From Terrimicrobiaceae bacterium (lineage in GTDB: Bacteria; Verrucomicrobiota; Verrucomicrobiia; Chthoniobacterales; Terrimicrobiaceae), in NCBI GenBank assembly GCA_044342325.1, contig JBIIPZ010000021.1, positions 1-50,399 of the forward strand: DNA of 50,399 nucleotides, written 5' to 3'. This document shows, one piece after another, positions 8,675 to 17,414 of this stretch; the first letter of the stretch is position 1; every line of letters begins with the position of its first letter. The notes under the pieces are model-generated. The model made no database searches, was not told where the DNA came from, and worked only from the letters and a program-made list of their open reading frames with translations. A program made the translations under genes and the position numbers.

Positions 8675-10752
8675 AATCCTCGGACATCTCAGAAATCATC
8701 GGCCTCGTCGAAGAAGCGGAAACCGACGCCGCCAACTACTGGTCGCGCAAGAATCTCAACTACAACCAGCGCTTCTGCCTCTGGCCAGGACAAGACGATA
8801 CCGGCCGCAAATATTCGTCGAACCTCGGCAAAAACGCCTTCCCCTGGGATGGCGCTTCCGACTCCCGAATCCGCCTTTCCGACATGCTCATCAACGAGCG
8901 TGTGCGGTTGATGAAAAACTCCTTCACCCGCGCTCGTCTCGCCGTCATGCCTACCGAGACCACCGACATCCAAGCCGGCCGCAAAGTCGAGACCGTCATC
9001 CAGTGGATCCTCAATTCGCACTGCTCTGCCATGACCAAGCGCGAGATCGAACTCGCCGCAAACATCCGCGAGACCTACGGCCTCGCCGTCATGGGCGTCT
9101 TCTGGCGCCGCACCACTCGCAACGAAAAGCTCACCTTCACGCTCGAGTCCCTCCAGATGCAATACATGGAGACCGGCGACCCCCAGCTCGCCATGATGAT
9201 CGAGGCCATTCTCGATCCCACGCAGGAAGAAGCCGTCGCCCGCGAGATGGATCTCCTGCTCCCAGGCCAAGGCACCGCCGACAATGTCCGCAAACTCCGC
9301 GAGACCGGCGCGTTCGAATACGACTCGCCCTACATCTTCGAGAACCTCCCCGATTGGCAAGCCTACGAGCCCTGGGAGGACATTATTTTCCCTCCGAGCA
9401 CCTACGACCTCCAGCGGGCACCTTTCATTGCCTGCCGCGAACTTCTCCGCGAAGACGAGCTCCGCGAGCGCGAAGTCACCGAAGACTACGACCCACGCTG
9501 GATCGAAGAGGCCGTGAAGCACAAAGGCATCTCCCGCCGCACCGGCCGGAACATGTATCGCATCACCGATACATTCCTGCTCTCCGACGACCGCGACATG
9601 ATCGAGGTCTGGCGCGTCTATCAGAAAAAGTGGAACGAAAAGATCGGCGCCATGGAGGTCTGGTGCACCCACATTCAGCCCAGCGTGGTGGACCGTGTCG
9701 CCAAGTCCGAGGCGATGGGCTACGAGCACGGCCAGTATCCCTTCATCGAGCTACCCCTCGAGCGCACTAGCCGCCCCCTCATCGAGGCCCGAGGCGTGCC
9801 CGAGCTCGTCGCCACCCAGCAGAGCGAGATCAAGGTGCAGCGCGACTACCGCAGTGATCGCGCCTCGCTCACCATTCTCCCACCGCTCAAAGTCCCCGCC
9901 AATCGCGGCAAAATGGAAATCGTCCTCGGCCCCGCCAAGCAGCTCCCAGAGCGTCGCCCCGGCGAATTCCAGTGGATGGCCCCGCCGGTGAATGACATGG
10001 GCACCATCGAAATCGAAGCCGCCACCCGCCGCGATGTTGATGAGTATTTCGGCATTCCCCGCGCCGACATGGCCCCTCAGCGTGCTCTCCTCGCCCAGCA
10101 GGATTTGGTCGATACCTGGCTCGCCGACATGGCCCTCATCCTCGGCCAGACCTTCCAACTCTGTCAGCAATACCTCGACGATATCCAGTTTGTCCGAGTC
10201 GCCGGCGGACTGCCCACCCCCTTCCGCGCCAGCCGCCAAGACATCCAGGGCAAATACGACCTCCGCCTTGATTTCGACGCCCGCACGCTCGACTCCGAGG
10301 CCCTCAAGATCAAGCTGCAAGGGCTCACGCAGCTCATCCCGCTCGACACGCAAGGCGTCATCGACCGCGCCGGTCTCGTCAAATTCCTCTTCGGATCCAT
10401 CGACCCCAATCTCTCCGAGCTCCTCATCCGCGACGCCGAAGCCGCCTCTCAGCAAGAAATCGACGACGAGCAAGTCCAATATACGAAAATCGCCGCCGGC
10501 ACCGAGCCACCTCTTAAGAGCGAAGGCCAAAACTTCCAGCTCCGCCTGCAAACCCTGCAAAACATCATCCAGAGCAACCCCGCCATCCAGCAGCGCCTGC
10601 AACAAGACCAAATCTTCGCCGCCATGCTCAACGCCCGCATGGAGTCCTTCTCCTTCCAAGTCCAACAACAACAAAACGCCCAAATCGGCCGCGTCGGCGC
10701 CCAGCCCGGCCTCCAAAAAGTCGCCGAAGAAATGCAAGGAGGCGCACAATGA
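8671..10752 (+). CDS. Portal protein (podovirus-type)
   Basis: 693 aa with PWDGASD, YPFIE..., GVPELV..QQ..I motifs and a Gln-rich C-terminal barrel-like tail. Located in the head module. Confidence 0.75.
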   Translation: MKSSDISEIIGLVEEAETDAANYWSRKNLNYNQRFCLWPGQDDTGRKYSSNLGKNAFPWDGASDSRIRLSDMLINERVRLMKNSFTRARLAVMPTETTDIQAGRKVETVIQWILNSHCSAMTKREIELAANIRETYGLAVMGVFWRRTTRNEKLTFTLESLQMQYMETGDPQLAMMIEAILDPTQEEAVAREMDLLLPGQGTADNVRKLRETGAFEYDSPYIFENLPDWQAYEPWEDIIFPPSTYDLQRAPFIACRELLREDELREREVTEDYDPRWIEEAVKHKGISRRTGRNMYRITDTFLLSDDRDMIEVWRVYQKKWNEKIGAMEVWCTHIQPSVVDRVAKSEAMGYEHGQYPFIELPLERTSRPLIEARGVPELVATQQSEIKVQRDYRSDRASLTILPPLKVPANRGKMEIVLGPAKQLPERRPGEFQWMAPPVNDMGTIEIEAATRRDVDEYFGIPRADMAPQRALLAQQDLVDTWLADMALILGQTFQLCQQYLDDIQFVRVAGGLPTPFRASRQDIQGKYDLRLDFDARTLDSEALKIKLQGLTQLIPLDTQGVIDRAGLVKFLFGSIDPNLSELLIRDAEAASQQEIDDEQVQYTKIAAGTEPPLKSEGQNFQLRLQTLQNIIQSNPAIQQRLQQDQIFAAMLNARMESFSFQVQQQQNAQIGRVGAQPGLQKVAEEMQGGAQ

Positions 10753-11708
10753 AGGCCACTCCCTACCGCACCGTCCGCGATGGCGTGATCTCCCGCATGG
10801 GCATTGATCCCGACCAGCCGCTCATGGCCTCGCAGGCCACGGCGCTCGCGGAGTATCTCACCACCGCTGCCGCCACCGCTTGGACCTTCTTTGATTGGCC
10901 CGAGGTTTATTTGACTGAGGCCCGAACGCCTGCGGGCGATGGATTCCAGACCGGCGTCTACACCTACGAGTCCGACTATGTGGGAACCACCTCCTATATT
11001 GGCCGCGCTGTGCAGGGCTCGCAATTTTCGGACCCTGTGTGGCGAATCAAGCGCGTCACCACGACCGCTGCGGGCGATCTTCTGAATATCGACACCGCCG
11101 TGAATGTCGCGTGGGACGACCGCACGACCGCGACCTACATCGAGACCAGCGCGAATGAAGCCGCCGAGGATGAGTTCCCCTACATTCCGCTTGTTGCGCA
11201 AGGTCTGAAACCTATCGGAACGGTGCTGAAAATCTACGACCGCAATCCTCACGAATGCGGTTCACAGCCACTCACGAAGACCTTTTGCCATGTCGTCACC
11301 GACGACCGCATCCTCATCACCGATACCAGCTACACGGCGGGCGAGCCGGTCTGGGTCGAGTTCTCACTGCCTCAGCCCCGCTTCATTTCGACCGCTTTCA
11401 ACTCCTCCACCGCCTACTCTGCTGGCGATCTCGTTTACTACAACACCACCGGCGACTGCTACGAAGCCCTCGCCGACACAACCGGCAATCTCCCGACGAA
11501 TGAGGAGTTCTGGCTGCGCCATCGCATCCCCGCCTTCCTCGCTGATTACCTTAAATTTTACGCACTCGCTGAAACCCTTTCCGAGGACGGCCAGATGGAC
11601 AAAGCCAACTACCAGTTCGCCCGCGCCGAAGGCATCTTGCAGCAACGAATGGACGACGCCTGGCTGCGCAAAGGCGAGGTCCGACGCTACTCCGCTTCGT
11701 TCCAATAA
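10749..11708 (+). CDS. Putative head-tail adaptor with inserted accessory modules
   Basis: Follows the portal. Helical N- and C-termini (...AWTFFDWPE; IPAFLADYL...EDGQMDKA) flank two inserted modules. Confidence 0.5.
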   Translation: MKATPYRTVRDGVISRMGIDPDQPLMASQATALAEYLTTAAATAWTFFDWPEVYLTEARTPAGDGFQTGVYTYESDYVGTTSYIGRAVQGSQFSDPVWRIKRVTTTAAGDLLNIDTAVNVAWDDRTTATYIETSANEAAEDEFPYIPLVAQGLKPIGTVLKIYDRNPHECGSQPLTKTFCHVVTDDRILITDTSYTAGEPVWVEFSLPQPRFISTAFNSSTAYSAGDLVYYNTTGDCYEALADTTGNLPTNEEFWLRHRIPAFLADYLKFYALAETLSEDGQMDKANYQFARAEGILQQRMDDAWLRKGEVRRYSASFQ

Positions 11709-11748
11709 TCACCCCCTTGACACCCCTCCCGATAATTAAATTAACGAC

Positions 11749-12045
11749 ATGAGCAACCCCACAATTCAGATCGCCGCACGCAACACCTCGGGCATTGTCC
11801 AGCCCGTCCAAGCCACACCAGATGGGGCTCTGCGGGTGAGCACAGGTTTTCCGACTCCCGCTTATACGAAGTATGAAAATGTTCGTTTCACATCCCCCGC
11901 GACGAACAACACAAGCTATGTCGATTTCACTTTCAACGGCACATCGGTAGCCCGAATCGTGAATACCTATTTCGGAGCAAATCCTCCCACCGCCGACAAC
12001 GCGGAGATCCGCAGCGTCGAGATCAAATTCCCGCCCTACACTTAA
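11749..12045 (+). CDS. Hypothetical virion protein
   Basis: 98-aa beta-rich ORF in the structural module. Confidence 0.55.
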   Translation: MSNPTIQIAARNTSGIVQPVQATPDGALRVSTGFPTPAYTKYENVRFTSPATNNTSYVDFTFNGTSVARIVNTYFGANPPTADNAEIRSVEIKFPPYT

Positions 12046-12311
12046 TGTCGCAGGTTTTTTTCAATCCCTTTTCCGGCGCGGCGCAAAACATCGCTCTGCC
12101 CCAGCTCGACTCAGCGGGCCAGATCAGTGGCTCGATGATCCCTGACGACTTCGACGATGTGCAAGCCTTCCCGACCCTCGAAGACTTCCCAAACCCCGGC
12201 ACCGTAGCCCGCATCTATTTTCCCGCAGATACCAACATCCCCCACCGTTGGGATCCGGACACACTTTCCTACAAACCCATCTCGTCCGACACGGACGGCG
12301 GTGAGTTTTAG
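12045..12311 (+). CDS. Small tail-fibre-associated protein
   Basis: LDSAGQI...IPDDFDDVQAF...FP..G...IY...DTN...RW resembles a common fibre linker module. Confidence 0.5.
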   Translation: MSQVFFNPFSGAAQNIALPQLDSAGQISGSMIPDDFDDVQAFPTLEDFPNPGTVARIYFPADTNIPHRWDPDTLSYKPISSDTDGGEF

Positions 12312-12349
12312 GACAACCCCGCAGAACAACCAAACACCCCCAAAACACC

Positions 12350-13195
12350 ATGCCAAATACCCTTCGCATCAAACGCCGCTTAACCGGTGCCTCAGGCGCT
12401 CCCTCCAGTCTTGCTGTAGGTGAGTTGGCCTATTCAAAAGTAGACAACAAACTTTGGATCGGTCTTGACGACCAAATCAAAGTCCTCGCCGGTGAGGGCC
12501 ATTTTGCCACAAACGCAAACCTCGCCTCCGAAGTCAGCACGCTGAACTTGAGCATCAGCGGTGAAGCCGACCGCGCCACCGCAGCGGAAGCCGCGCTCGG
12601 CGTTCGCATTGACAATGTTCTCAGCAATGTCACTCCCGGCTCGCTCGATTCGTTGACGGAAGTGGTCGCCGCCTTCGAGGCCGCCGACAGCAACCTCAAC
12701 GGTGCGATCACCTCCCTCGCCAACAGCGCCTCTTCGGCACTGAATGCTGAGATTTCCCGCGCCACCGCAGCCGAAGGCGTCATCGCCGCCGGTCTCGCTC
12801 AAGAGCTTCTTGACCGTGCCGCCGCCGACACCACCCTCCAGGGCAACATCAACACCGTTGCAGGCAATCTCTCGACCGAGACATCGGCCCGCCAAGCGGC
12901 TGACACCACGCTCCAGTCGAACATCGACAGCGAAGCCAGCACCCGTGCTTCGGCCATCAGCGCCCTCGATAGCCGAGTGGTCGCGCTCGAAGGTGCCTCC
13001 GCCGACGCCCGCCTCGACGAGGTGGAGTCCGACATTGCTGCCATCGAATCCGCCGCGACAGCCTTGACTGGCCGCGTCTCCAGCTTGGAGACCACCGCAG
13101 CCGGACTCGGCACCATGTCCACGCAGAATGCCAACAATGTCGCCATCACTGGCGGCACCATCGAAGGCATCGAGCTGGACGGCGGCAGCTTCTAA
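12350..13195 (+). CDS. Fibre/whisker-like coiled-coil protein
   Basis: N-terminal IKRR...PSSLAVGELAY module, PGSLDSLTEV motif, E..RA.AAE coiled-coil repeats and C-terminal LGTMSTQNANNVAITGG. Confidence 0.65.
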   Translation: MPNTLRIKRRLTGASGAPSSLAVGELAYSKVDNKLWIGLDDQIKVLAGEGHFATNANLASEVSTLNLSISGEADRATAAEAALGVRIDNVLSNVTPGSLDSLTEVVAAFEAADSNLNGAITSLANSASSALNAEISRATAAEGVIAAGLAQELLDRAAADTTLQGNINTVAGNLSTETSARQAADTTLQSNIDSEASTRASAISALDSRVVALEGASADARLDEVESDIAAIESAATALTGRVSSLETTAAGLGTMSTQNANNVAITGGTIEGIELDGGSF

Positions 13196-13213
13196 AAGCT
13201 CCCTCCCCCCACA

Positions 13214-13244
13214 GCGGCGGTGCGGTTCCAGCCCGCGCCGCCGC
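13214..13244 (+). terminator. GC-rich hairpin
   Basis: GCGGCGGTGCGG / CCGCGCCGCCGC stem. No clear T-run. Confidence 0.4.
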
Positions 13245-13257
13245 AACGGGGCCACTG

Positions 13258-13288
13258 CTTAAAACTTAATCCTTAAAACTTAAAACTT
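13258..13288. repeat. Tandem heptamer repeat CTTAA(AA/TC)
   Basis: CTTAAAA CTTAATC CTTAAAA CTTAAAA CTT. A second copy lies at 16835-16864. Confidence 0.8.
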
Positions 13289-13292
13289 CTCC

Positions 13293-13661
13293 ATGGCCAC
13301 GGTCCTCAAGCTCCTCCGCAGCACGGTAGCAGGCCGAGTCCCCACCGCCGCGCAAGTGGCCGAAGGGAGCCTCGCCCTCAACCTCGCCGACCGGCGCTTG
13401 TATTCCAAGGACCACACCGGAGAAGTCTTCCGCCTCGCCCGCCCCCGCGACCCCAGCGACTACCTGCAACTCTCCGCCACCGATGGCACGACCCTCTACA
13501 TGGGCCGCCTCGCCTGGGCCGACTACCCCGCCACCGGCCCAGCCGAGGACGCCCCATCCTGGACCATCTACCGCATCACCACCGACGCCGCAGGCACCAC
13601 ATCCCAAGAATCCTCCGCCACCGGAGCGTGGTCTTCCAAAACCTCCCTCCAATTTTCTTAA
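13293..13661 (+). CDS. Small fibre-associated protein with T4 gp37-like N-terminus
   Basis: MATVLKLLRSTVAGRVPTAAQVAEGSLALNLADRRLYSKD resembles the N-terminal module of T4 long tail fibre gp37. Confidence 0.6.
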   Translation: MATVLKLLRSTVAGRVPTAAQVAEGSLALNLADRRLYSKDHTGEVFRLARPRDPSDYLQLSATDGTTLYMGRLAWADYPATGPAEDAPSWTIYRITTDAAGTTSQESSATGAWSSKTSLQFS

Positions 13662-13681
13662 ACCTCAAATCCAACACCACC

Positions 13682-13963
13682 ATGATCGCAACCAATCCCA
13701 TCACCATCGACGGCAAAACCTACCCGAAACTCTCTCTCAGTCTGGCCATATCGGGCCGGTATCTGGGCGACGGCTCTTCAGACGCCAATGTCGCCATGCG
13801 CCTCGTCCCGACGCGCATTGAGAATGGCGAGGTCATCACCGCAGACGAAGCCGCAATCGGCATCGCGCTTGGTTCACTCACAGGTGCAGACGAAGCCACC
13901 CAGCAAGCGGTGAGCGCGATCCAATCCGCACTCCAGACCTACATCCAAGCGAAAGGACTCTAA
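13682..13963 (+). CDS. Hypothetical virion protein
   Basis: 93-aa ORF (MIATNPITIDGK...). Confidence 0.6.
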   Translation: MIATNPITIDGKTYPKLSLSLAISGRYLGDGSSDANVAMRLVPTRIENGEVITADEAAIGIALGSLTGADEATQQAVSAIQSALQTYIQAKGL

Positions 13964-13966
13964 GCC

Positions 13967-16288
13967 ATGGCTACCTACTACGCCCGCAAGGCAGGAAACA
14001 TTAACGCCACCGATGTCTGGGCGACCGCGCCCGGCGGCACGGCATCAGCGGTCACATTCGCCAGTGGCGATGTCCTCGTCTCAAACTCCTTTGCCATCGC
14101 CATCAATGTCTCGACCGACCTCGGAGGCTCCGGCCAACTGCGAAACGACACTTTCGGGGGTGCCACAGCAGGCGGCACATTTACACTCGCCGCTGGCTTG
14201 ACTCTGACCGCCAACATTTTGCAAAATAATGTAATCGGCGGAGCGACCGTTGTCACCTGCACATTTAACGCACCGCTTTCCGCCTCGATTGTGGGCAATG
14301 TGACCTCGCCAGTTAATACGAGTGGCAACAACCGCCCGGTAAGCCTTACTGGAAGTGGCACGCTGAATTTTACCGGCAACGCAACGGGGGATGTGCGTGT
14401 CGGCGGCGTAGGCGGGGCGATTGGCAATACCGCTGGGGGAACAATCAATTTTGTCGGCACGGCTACTGGCGGCGGCGGAGCTTCAGGCTATGCACTTGAA
14501 AATGCCGGTGCCGGCACGATCAACATCACGGGCAACTGCCTCGGAGCAACCGGTGCCGCTGTGCAAAACGCCGCCGGTGGCACGATCAACATTACCGGGA
14601 ATGCAACCGGCGGAAGTGCATCAGGTGGCAGTGGCGTAAATAATGCTGCTGGGGGAGTTATTGCCATTACCGGCAATGCAACCGGCGGTGTCTCTGGTCC
14701 TGGCGTCACAAACGCGTCCAGCGGGTCTGTCACCGCCACCCGCGCCGTAGGTAATGGATTTGGCTTAGGCTCGGTCGGTCTCACTGCGGCTCCCGGCATT
14801 GCCAATAGTGGGAATGCAGGAGTAGTCGAGGTCCGCGAATTAGAATATGGCCTCCGCGGGATGTCACCCGTCACCGGATTCGTCCGCCTCAAAAAGGACT
14901 CGCTCAACCAAGCGATTTTTAATTGGGTCGATACCGGCGCTGCAAAAATACTTGTGGACGCAACGCAAGGCGAAATGCCAGCGGTCGGCAATGTCCGCCT
15001 CGGCGTGAGCTACGCGAGCGGCGCGTTGACCGGCACCTGCGCCGTGCCTAGCCCTGCAACGGTGGCAACCGGAGTCCCTATTGATGCCACCGTTGGCACG
15101 GCAGCACTCAGCGTGGGCGATGTTGCCGCAGCCGTGTGGGGAGCGGCCAGCCGCACCATCACCGGCGGAACGGTCGATACCCTCACCAACCCGCCAATCG
15201 TCCCAACGGTTGTCCAAATCCGTGAGGAAATGGATTCCAACTCCACCAAGCTCGCCAACCTCGATGCTTCCGTGTCGAGCCGTTTGGCCTCGGCGTCTTA
15301 CACAGCCCCAGCGAACTCGGACATCTCGGCAATCAAGGCCAAAACCGACAACTTGCCAGCAAGCCCTGCAGCCGTCAGCGACATACCAACCGCCGACATC
15401 GCCGCCATCAAGGCCTCCACAGACAATCTCCCAAGCGACCCCGCAGATCAAAGCCTCGTCGAGTCCGCCATCTCCGCCCTCTCGATCCCGACCGCCGCCT
15501 CGGTAGCCTCAGCCGTCCGCACAGAGCTGACCGAACTCAGCAATCTCGACGCCTCCGTGTCGAGCAGGCTGGCCGGTTCGGCATACACCGCGCCAAGCAC
15601 GCCACCAACAGCCGGAGACATCGCCTCGGCAGTATGGGCCGCCGCAGACAAGACAGGCTACAGCCTCACCAGCGCCGAACGCTCGGCCATTGCCGCCGCC
15701 GTCGAGGCCTCCATCCTCAACGAAGGCGATGGACAAGCCGTTCTGAACGCCATCGTCGCCGCAATCGGAAACAGCAATGTTGACCAGATCGCCCTCGTCG
15801 CCGCGATCCGAGCGGACCTTGAGCGCACCGGCGGCAAGCTCATCAACCTCGATGCCACGATCTCCAGCCGCCTCGCATCGGCAGACTACAATGCACCGAC
15901 CAGCGCGCCAACCGCGGCCAGCGTGGCAAATGCTGTGTGGAGCGCCGCCACGCGCACCACAACCGGCGGCACCGTGGACACGCTCACCAACGCCCCAGCA
16001 TCAGTCACGCCAACTGACATCTGGAGCCACGCCACCCGCACGCTCACCAGCGCCAGCGGCCCGACCGCCATCGAGATTCGCCAAGAACTCGATAGCAACT
16101 CGACCCAGCTCGCAGGGATCAAATCGAAGACCGACAATCTCCCCGCCTCGCCAGCCGCGACCGGAGACATCCCAAGCGCGAACATCTCGGCCATCAAAGC
16201 CAAGACGGATCTGCTCGAGACGACACGCCTCGCGCAATGCTCGACCGTGGCCACCACCGGAGCGCAGCTCGCCGCCGCCCTCAGCTAA
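13967..16288 (+). CDS. Gly/Ala/Thr-rich fibre or adhesin-like virion protein with internal repeats
   Basis: N-terminal GTINITGNATGG beta-solenoid-like repeats. C-terminal repeated AIKAKTDNLP, LDASVSSRLA and VW..A.RT.T motifs. Confidence 0.65.
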   Translation: MATYYARKAGNINATDVWATAPGGTASAVTFASGDVLVSNSFAIAINVSTDLGGSGQLRNDTFGGATAGGTFTLAAGLTLTANILQNNVIGGATVVTCTFNAPLSASIVGNVTSPVNTSGNNRPVSLTGSGTLNFTGNATGDVRVGGVGGAIGNTAGGTINFVGTATGGGGASGYALENAGAGTINITGNCLGATGAAVQNAAGGTINITGNATGGSASGGSGVNNAAGGVIAITGNATGGVSGPGVTNASSGSVTATRAVGNGFGLGSVGLTAAPGIANSGNAGVVEVRELEYGLRGMSPVTGFVRLKKDSLNQAIFNWVDTGAAKILVDATQGEMPAVGNVRLGVSYASGALTGTCAVPSPATVATGVPIDATVGTAALSVGDVAAAVWGAASRTITGGTVDTLTNPPIVPTVVQIREEMDSNSTKLANLDASVSSRLASASYTAPANSDISAIKAKTDNLPASPAAVSDIPTADIAAIKASTDNLPSDPADQSLVESAISALSIPTAASVASAVRTELTELSNLDASVSSRLAGSAYTAPSTPPTAGDIASAVWAAADKTGYSLTSAERSAIAAAVEASILNEGDGQAVLNAIVAAIGNSNVDQIALVAAIRADLERTGGKLINLDATISSRLASADYNAPTSAPTAASVANAVWSAATRTTTGGTVDTLTNAPASVTPTDIWSHATRTLTSASGPTAIEIRQELDSNSTQLAGIKSKTDNLPASPAATGDIPSANISAIKAKTDLLETTRLAQCSTVATTGAQLAAALS

Positions 16289-16290
16289 CA

Positions 16291-16482
16291 ATGGACACGC
16301 ACCAAGCCGCCGCTTCCTTCACCGGCCTCGTCGCTACGGCGACGGGGCTCACGGTGTCGCTGCTCCCGGAGATAGAAGCCTGGCTGCGCATTGCCTCGCT
16401 GCTCATCGGCTGTGCCGTTGGCTTGGCGTCCTTCGCAGTCATCGTCCGCAACTGGACCAAAAACCACCATCCCCATGAATAA
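16291..16482 (+). CDS. Small membrane protein, putative holin/antiholin
   Basis: 63 aa with hydrophobic segments, in the lysis cassette. Confidence 0.5.
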   Translation: MDTHQAAASFTGLVATATGLTVSLLPEIEAWLRIASLLIGCAVGLASFAVIVRNWTKNHHPHE

Positions 16483-16642
16483 CCTCCTCGCCCGTCTCAA
16501 AGAGCCCTCCACCTTTCGCGGCCTTGCCATCCTTGCCGGACTCGGCGGCATCGCCGTTGACCCCGCCCAGGTCAACGCCATCGCGGCCGCCGTGGCAGCA
16601 ATCATCGCGCTCATCGAAGTCTTCCGCAAGGAAACGAAATGA
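16475..16642 (+). CDS. Putative holin
   Basis: 55 aa, RLKEPSTFRG followed by two hydrophobic helices and a basic C-terminus. Confidence 0.6.
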   Translation: MNNLLARLKEPSTFRGLAILAGLGGIAVDPAQVNAIAAAVAAIIALIEVFRKETK

Positions 16643-16803
16643 TCCCTCCCTCCCAGATCGTGACCGGCCTCATTGCGACGGCCTTTGCTGTCGGTGCGCT
16701 CCTGCTTCTGAGCGGGTGCAGCACGCTGGGCATCTCGCTCCAGACGGACTACGGGCAATTCAGCTACACGCTGCCCGAGGTGCCAGCCCTCAAGGATAAA
16801 TAA
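16639..16803 (+). CDS. Small lipoprotein, spanin candidate (absent from the ORF track)
   Basis: Manual translation: MIPPSQIVTGLIATAFAVGALLLLSGCSTLGISLQTDYGQFSYTLPEVPALKDK. Lipobox LSGC and ATGA overlap with the holin. Confidence 0.6.
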   Translation: MIPPSQIVTGLIATAFAVGALLLLSGCSTLGISLQTDYGQFSYTLPEVPALKDK

Positions 16804-16831
16804 CCACAGAGGACACAGAGAGCACAGAGGG
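16803..16831 (+). repeat. Host-type dispersed repeat ACCACAGAGGACACAGAGAGCACAGAGGG inside the prophage
   Basis: Identical 29-mer at 35079-35107 and a near-identical copy at 49184-49211. Confidence 0.85.
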
Positions 16832-16834
16832 AGC

Positions 16835-16864
16835 CTTAAAACTTAAAACTTAATCCTTAAAACT
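16835..16864. repeat. Tandem heptamer repeat CTTAA(AA/TC), second copy
   Basis: CTTAAAA CTTAAAA CTTAATC CTTAAAA CT. Confidence 0.8.
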
Positions 16865-16868
16865 CCCC

Positions 16869-17414
16869 ATGCTCCCCCCGAGCCGCCCACAGCAAGCCAA
16901 ATCCAAGACGCAAGCCCTGCTCACCAAGGCCCGCGTGGATGATGCCGTGGCGCTGGTGGGCATTCGCGGCTACTACCGAGACAGCATGGGAGTCCCAGGC
17001 GAGAACGACCGTGGCATCTACGACGACGCTATTTTCCTCGTCTCCCCAAACGCCTACGCGACCTTTAACGCCAACACCGATCCCTCGATCCGCCGCAAAG
17101 GCATCGCTGTTCTAAAGCCTGGCGTGCATCGCTACCGCAAGGGCAAGCATGGCCTCAGTAAGCCCGGCGGCGGCTATCCTGCCCTGCGCCCCGCGAACCC
17201 CGCCGAAGAACTCCCCGTGACCCGTGACGGCCAAGGCGACAGCATGGGCATCGCCATCAACATCCACAAAGGCGGCTATCGCACCACCAGCAGCGAAGGC
17301 TGCCAGACCATTTACCCCAGCCAGTGGGAGTCTTTCATTTCCCTGGTCTATTCCGAAATGGACCGCGCCGGGCAGAAGACAATCCCTTACCTACTCACCG
17401 AGGAAGAAGTATAA
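16869..17414 (+). CDS. Putative endolysin with L,D-transpeptidase (YkuD)-like His/Cys motif
   Basis: GIAINIHKGG...SSEGCQ motif, located directly after the holin and lipoprotein genes. Confidence 0.5.
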   Translation: MLPPSRPQQAKSKTQALLTKARVDDAVALVGIRGYYRDSMGVPGENDRGIYDDAIFLVSPNAYATFNANTDPSIRRKGIAVLKPGVHRYRKGKHGLSKPGGGYPALRPANPAEELPVTRDGQGDSMGIAINIHKGGYRTTSSEGCQTIYPSQWESFISLVYSEMDRAGQKTIPYLLTEEEV

